Shown here piece by piece: positions 42,991 to 43,602 of a stretch of 43,602 nt of DNA (within the stretch, counting starts at the first letter, position 1; every line of letters starts with the position of its first letter). The stretch covers positions 1 to 43,602 of the forward strand of contig JAQBWE010000001.1 of NCBI GenBank assembly GCA_027625315.1. The letters are read 5' to 3'. Below the pieces are notes generated by a model that did not search any database, was not told the DNA's origin, and was given only the letters and a program-made list of their open reading frames with translations. The stretch is from Planctomycetota bacterium. Lineage in GTDB: Bacteria > Planctomycetota > PLA2 > JAEUHO01. A program made the position numbers and the translations under genes.

Positions 42991-43602
42991 CTCGCGGCGT
43001 CCTCGTCGGTCACATCCAGGCCGACCAGTCGCATGAGCGCGAGCGCGTTGCTGCGCGTCACAACACCCGGGCGCAGCGTGTAGTCGAACGCCATCTGGCC
43101 GTCGACGACTTGATCCTCAAAGTGCACGTTGCGCACTCGGCCAGCTAGGCGGCGCTCCATGTCGGCAAGAGCCAGATCGTGCGTCGTCACGAAGCCGATC
43201 GCCCCGTGCTCAATCAGCGCCCGCACCGCGGCCGCCGCGCCAACGCGGCGATCATGCGAGTTCGTGCCATGCAGGATCTCATCGAGCAGGAACAACGCGG
43301 GCAGCGCGCCCTGCGCGATGTCCACCACCTGCTTGAGGCGCGCGATCTCGGCATAGAACCGGGAGGCGCCGTCCTGCAGCGAGTCGTGGATGCGGATCGA
43401 AGCCGCGACCGCGAGCGGAGTCAACGTGAATGCCCGCGCGTAGACGGGAGCGCCGGCCAGCGCGAGGACCGTGTTCACTCCGACCGTGCGGAGCAGGGTG
43501 CTCTTGCCCGACATGTTCGACCCGGTAATCATCAAGGCACGGGTCTCGCCGTCGAGTCGAAGGTCGTTGCAGACGCGCTTTTCGGAATCGATGAGGGGGT
43601 GC
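42987..43602 (-). CDS. MutS-family ATPase (MutS domain V), 5-prime end outside the window
   Basis: ITGSNMSGKSTLLR Walker A, FLLDEILHGTNSHDR, and TTHDLALA. The reading frame stays open to the window edge. The stop overlaps the mutM stop (TTAA). Confidence 0.8.
   Translation of the reverse strand, partial: HPLIDSEKRVCNDLRLDGETRALMITGSNMSGKSTLLRTVGVNTVLALAGAPVYARAFTLTPLAVAASIRIHDSLQDGASRFYAEIARLKQVVDIAQGALPALFLLDEILHGTNSHDRRVGAAAAVRALIEHGAIGFVTTHDLALADMERRLAGRVRNVHFEDQVVDGQMAFDYTLRPGVVTRSNALALMRLVGLDVTDEDAAS

Overview
Very GC-rich, tightly packed bacterial chromosomal segment. I call 39 protein-coding genes and see no rRNA, tRNA, CRISPR array, transposase, integrase or phage genes. Most long ORFs opposite or out of frame with the called genes are GC-driven shadow ORFs. 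Content is mainly housekeeping and envelope functions: M48 peptidase, trkA-trkH, a TlpA-like redoxin, an M20 amidohydrolase, two canonical sirtuins, NfeD-flotillin, pirin, a carbamoyltransferase, an ECF sigma / Ser-Thr kinase pair, an iodotyrosine-deiodinase-like flavoenzyme, a tricorn-like protease, a ROK kinase, hemB, an ABC-2 exporter, tldD-pmbA, miaE, mutM and a truncated MutS-like gene. The gene content (ECF sigma + STK pair, several HEAT-repeat proteins, an OmcB-like Cys-rich DUF11 lipoprotein, a tricorn homologue) would fit a Planctomycetota/PVC-like or Myxococcota-like organism, but that is a low-confidence guess. I found no clear-cut novel system. The best candidates for a second look are: (1) a same-strand array of Ycf46-like AAA+ ATPase, membrane HEAT protein, NfeD, flotillin, 2-hydroxyacid dehydrogenase, sirtuin and single-HKD PLD, with a second sirtuin facing outward on the left side; (2) a Gpt-like phosphoribosyltransferase fused in frame to a SpoU/TrmH methyltransferase; (3) two dispersed non-coding repeat families. 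R1 has a 70-bp identical core at the window start and at 40442. R2 is 50 bp at 48/50 identity, sitting just 3-prime of two unrelated stop codons. Further items are several in-frame coding tandem repeats, two divergent orphan secreted proteins, and a membrane protein with an Asp/Tyr/His tail coupled to a 2Fe-2S ferredoxin-like protein. All functional calls come from motif recognition by eye; no database search was possible.
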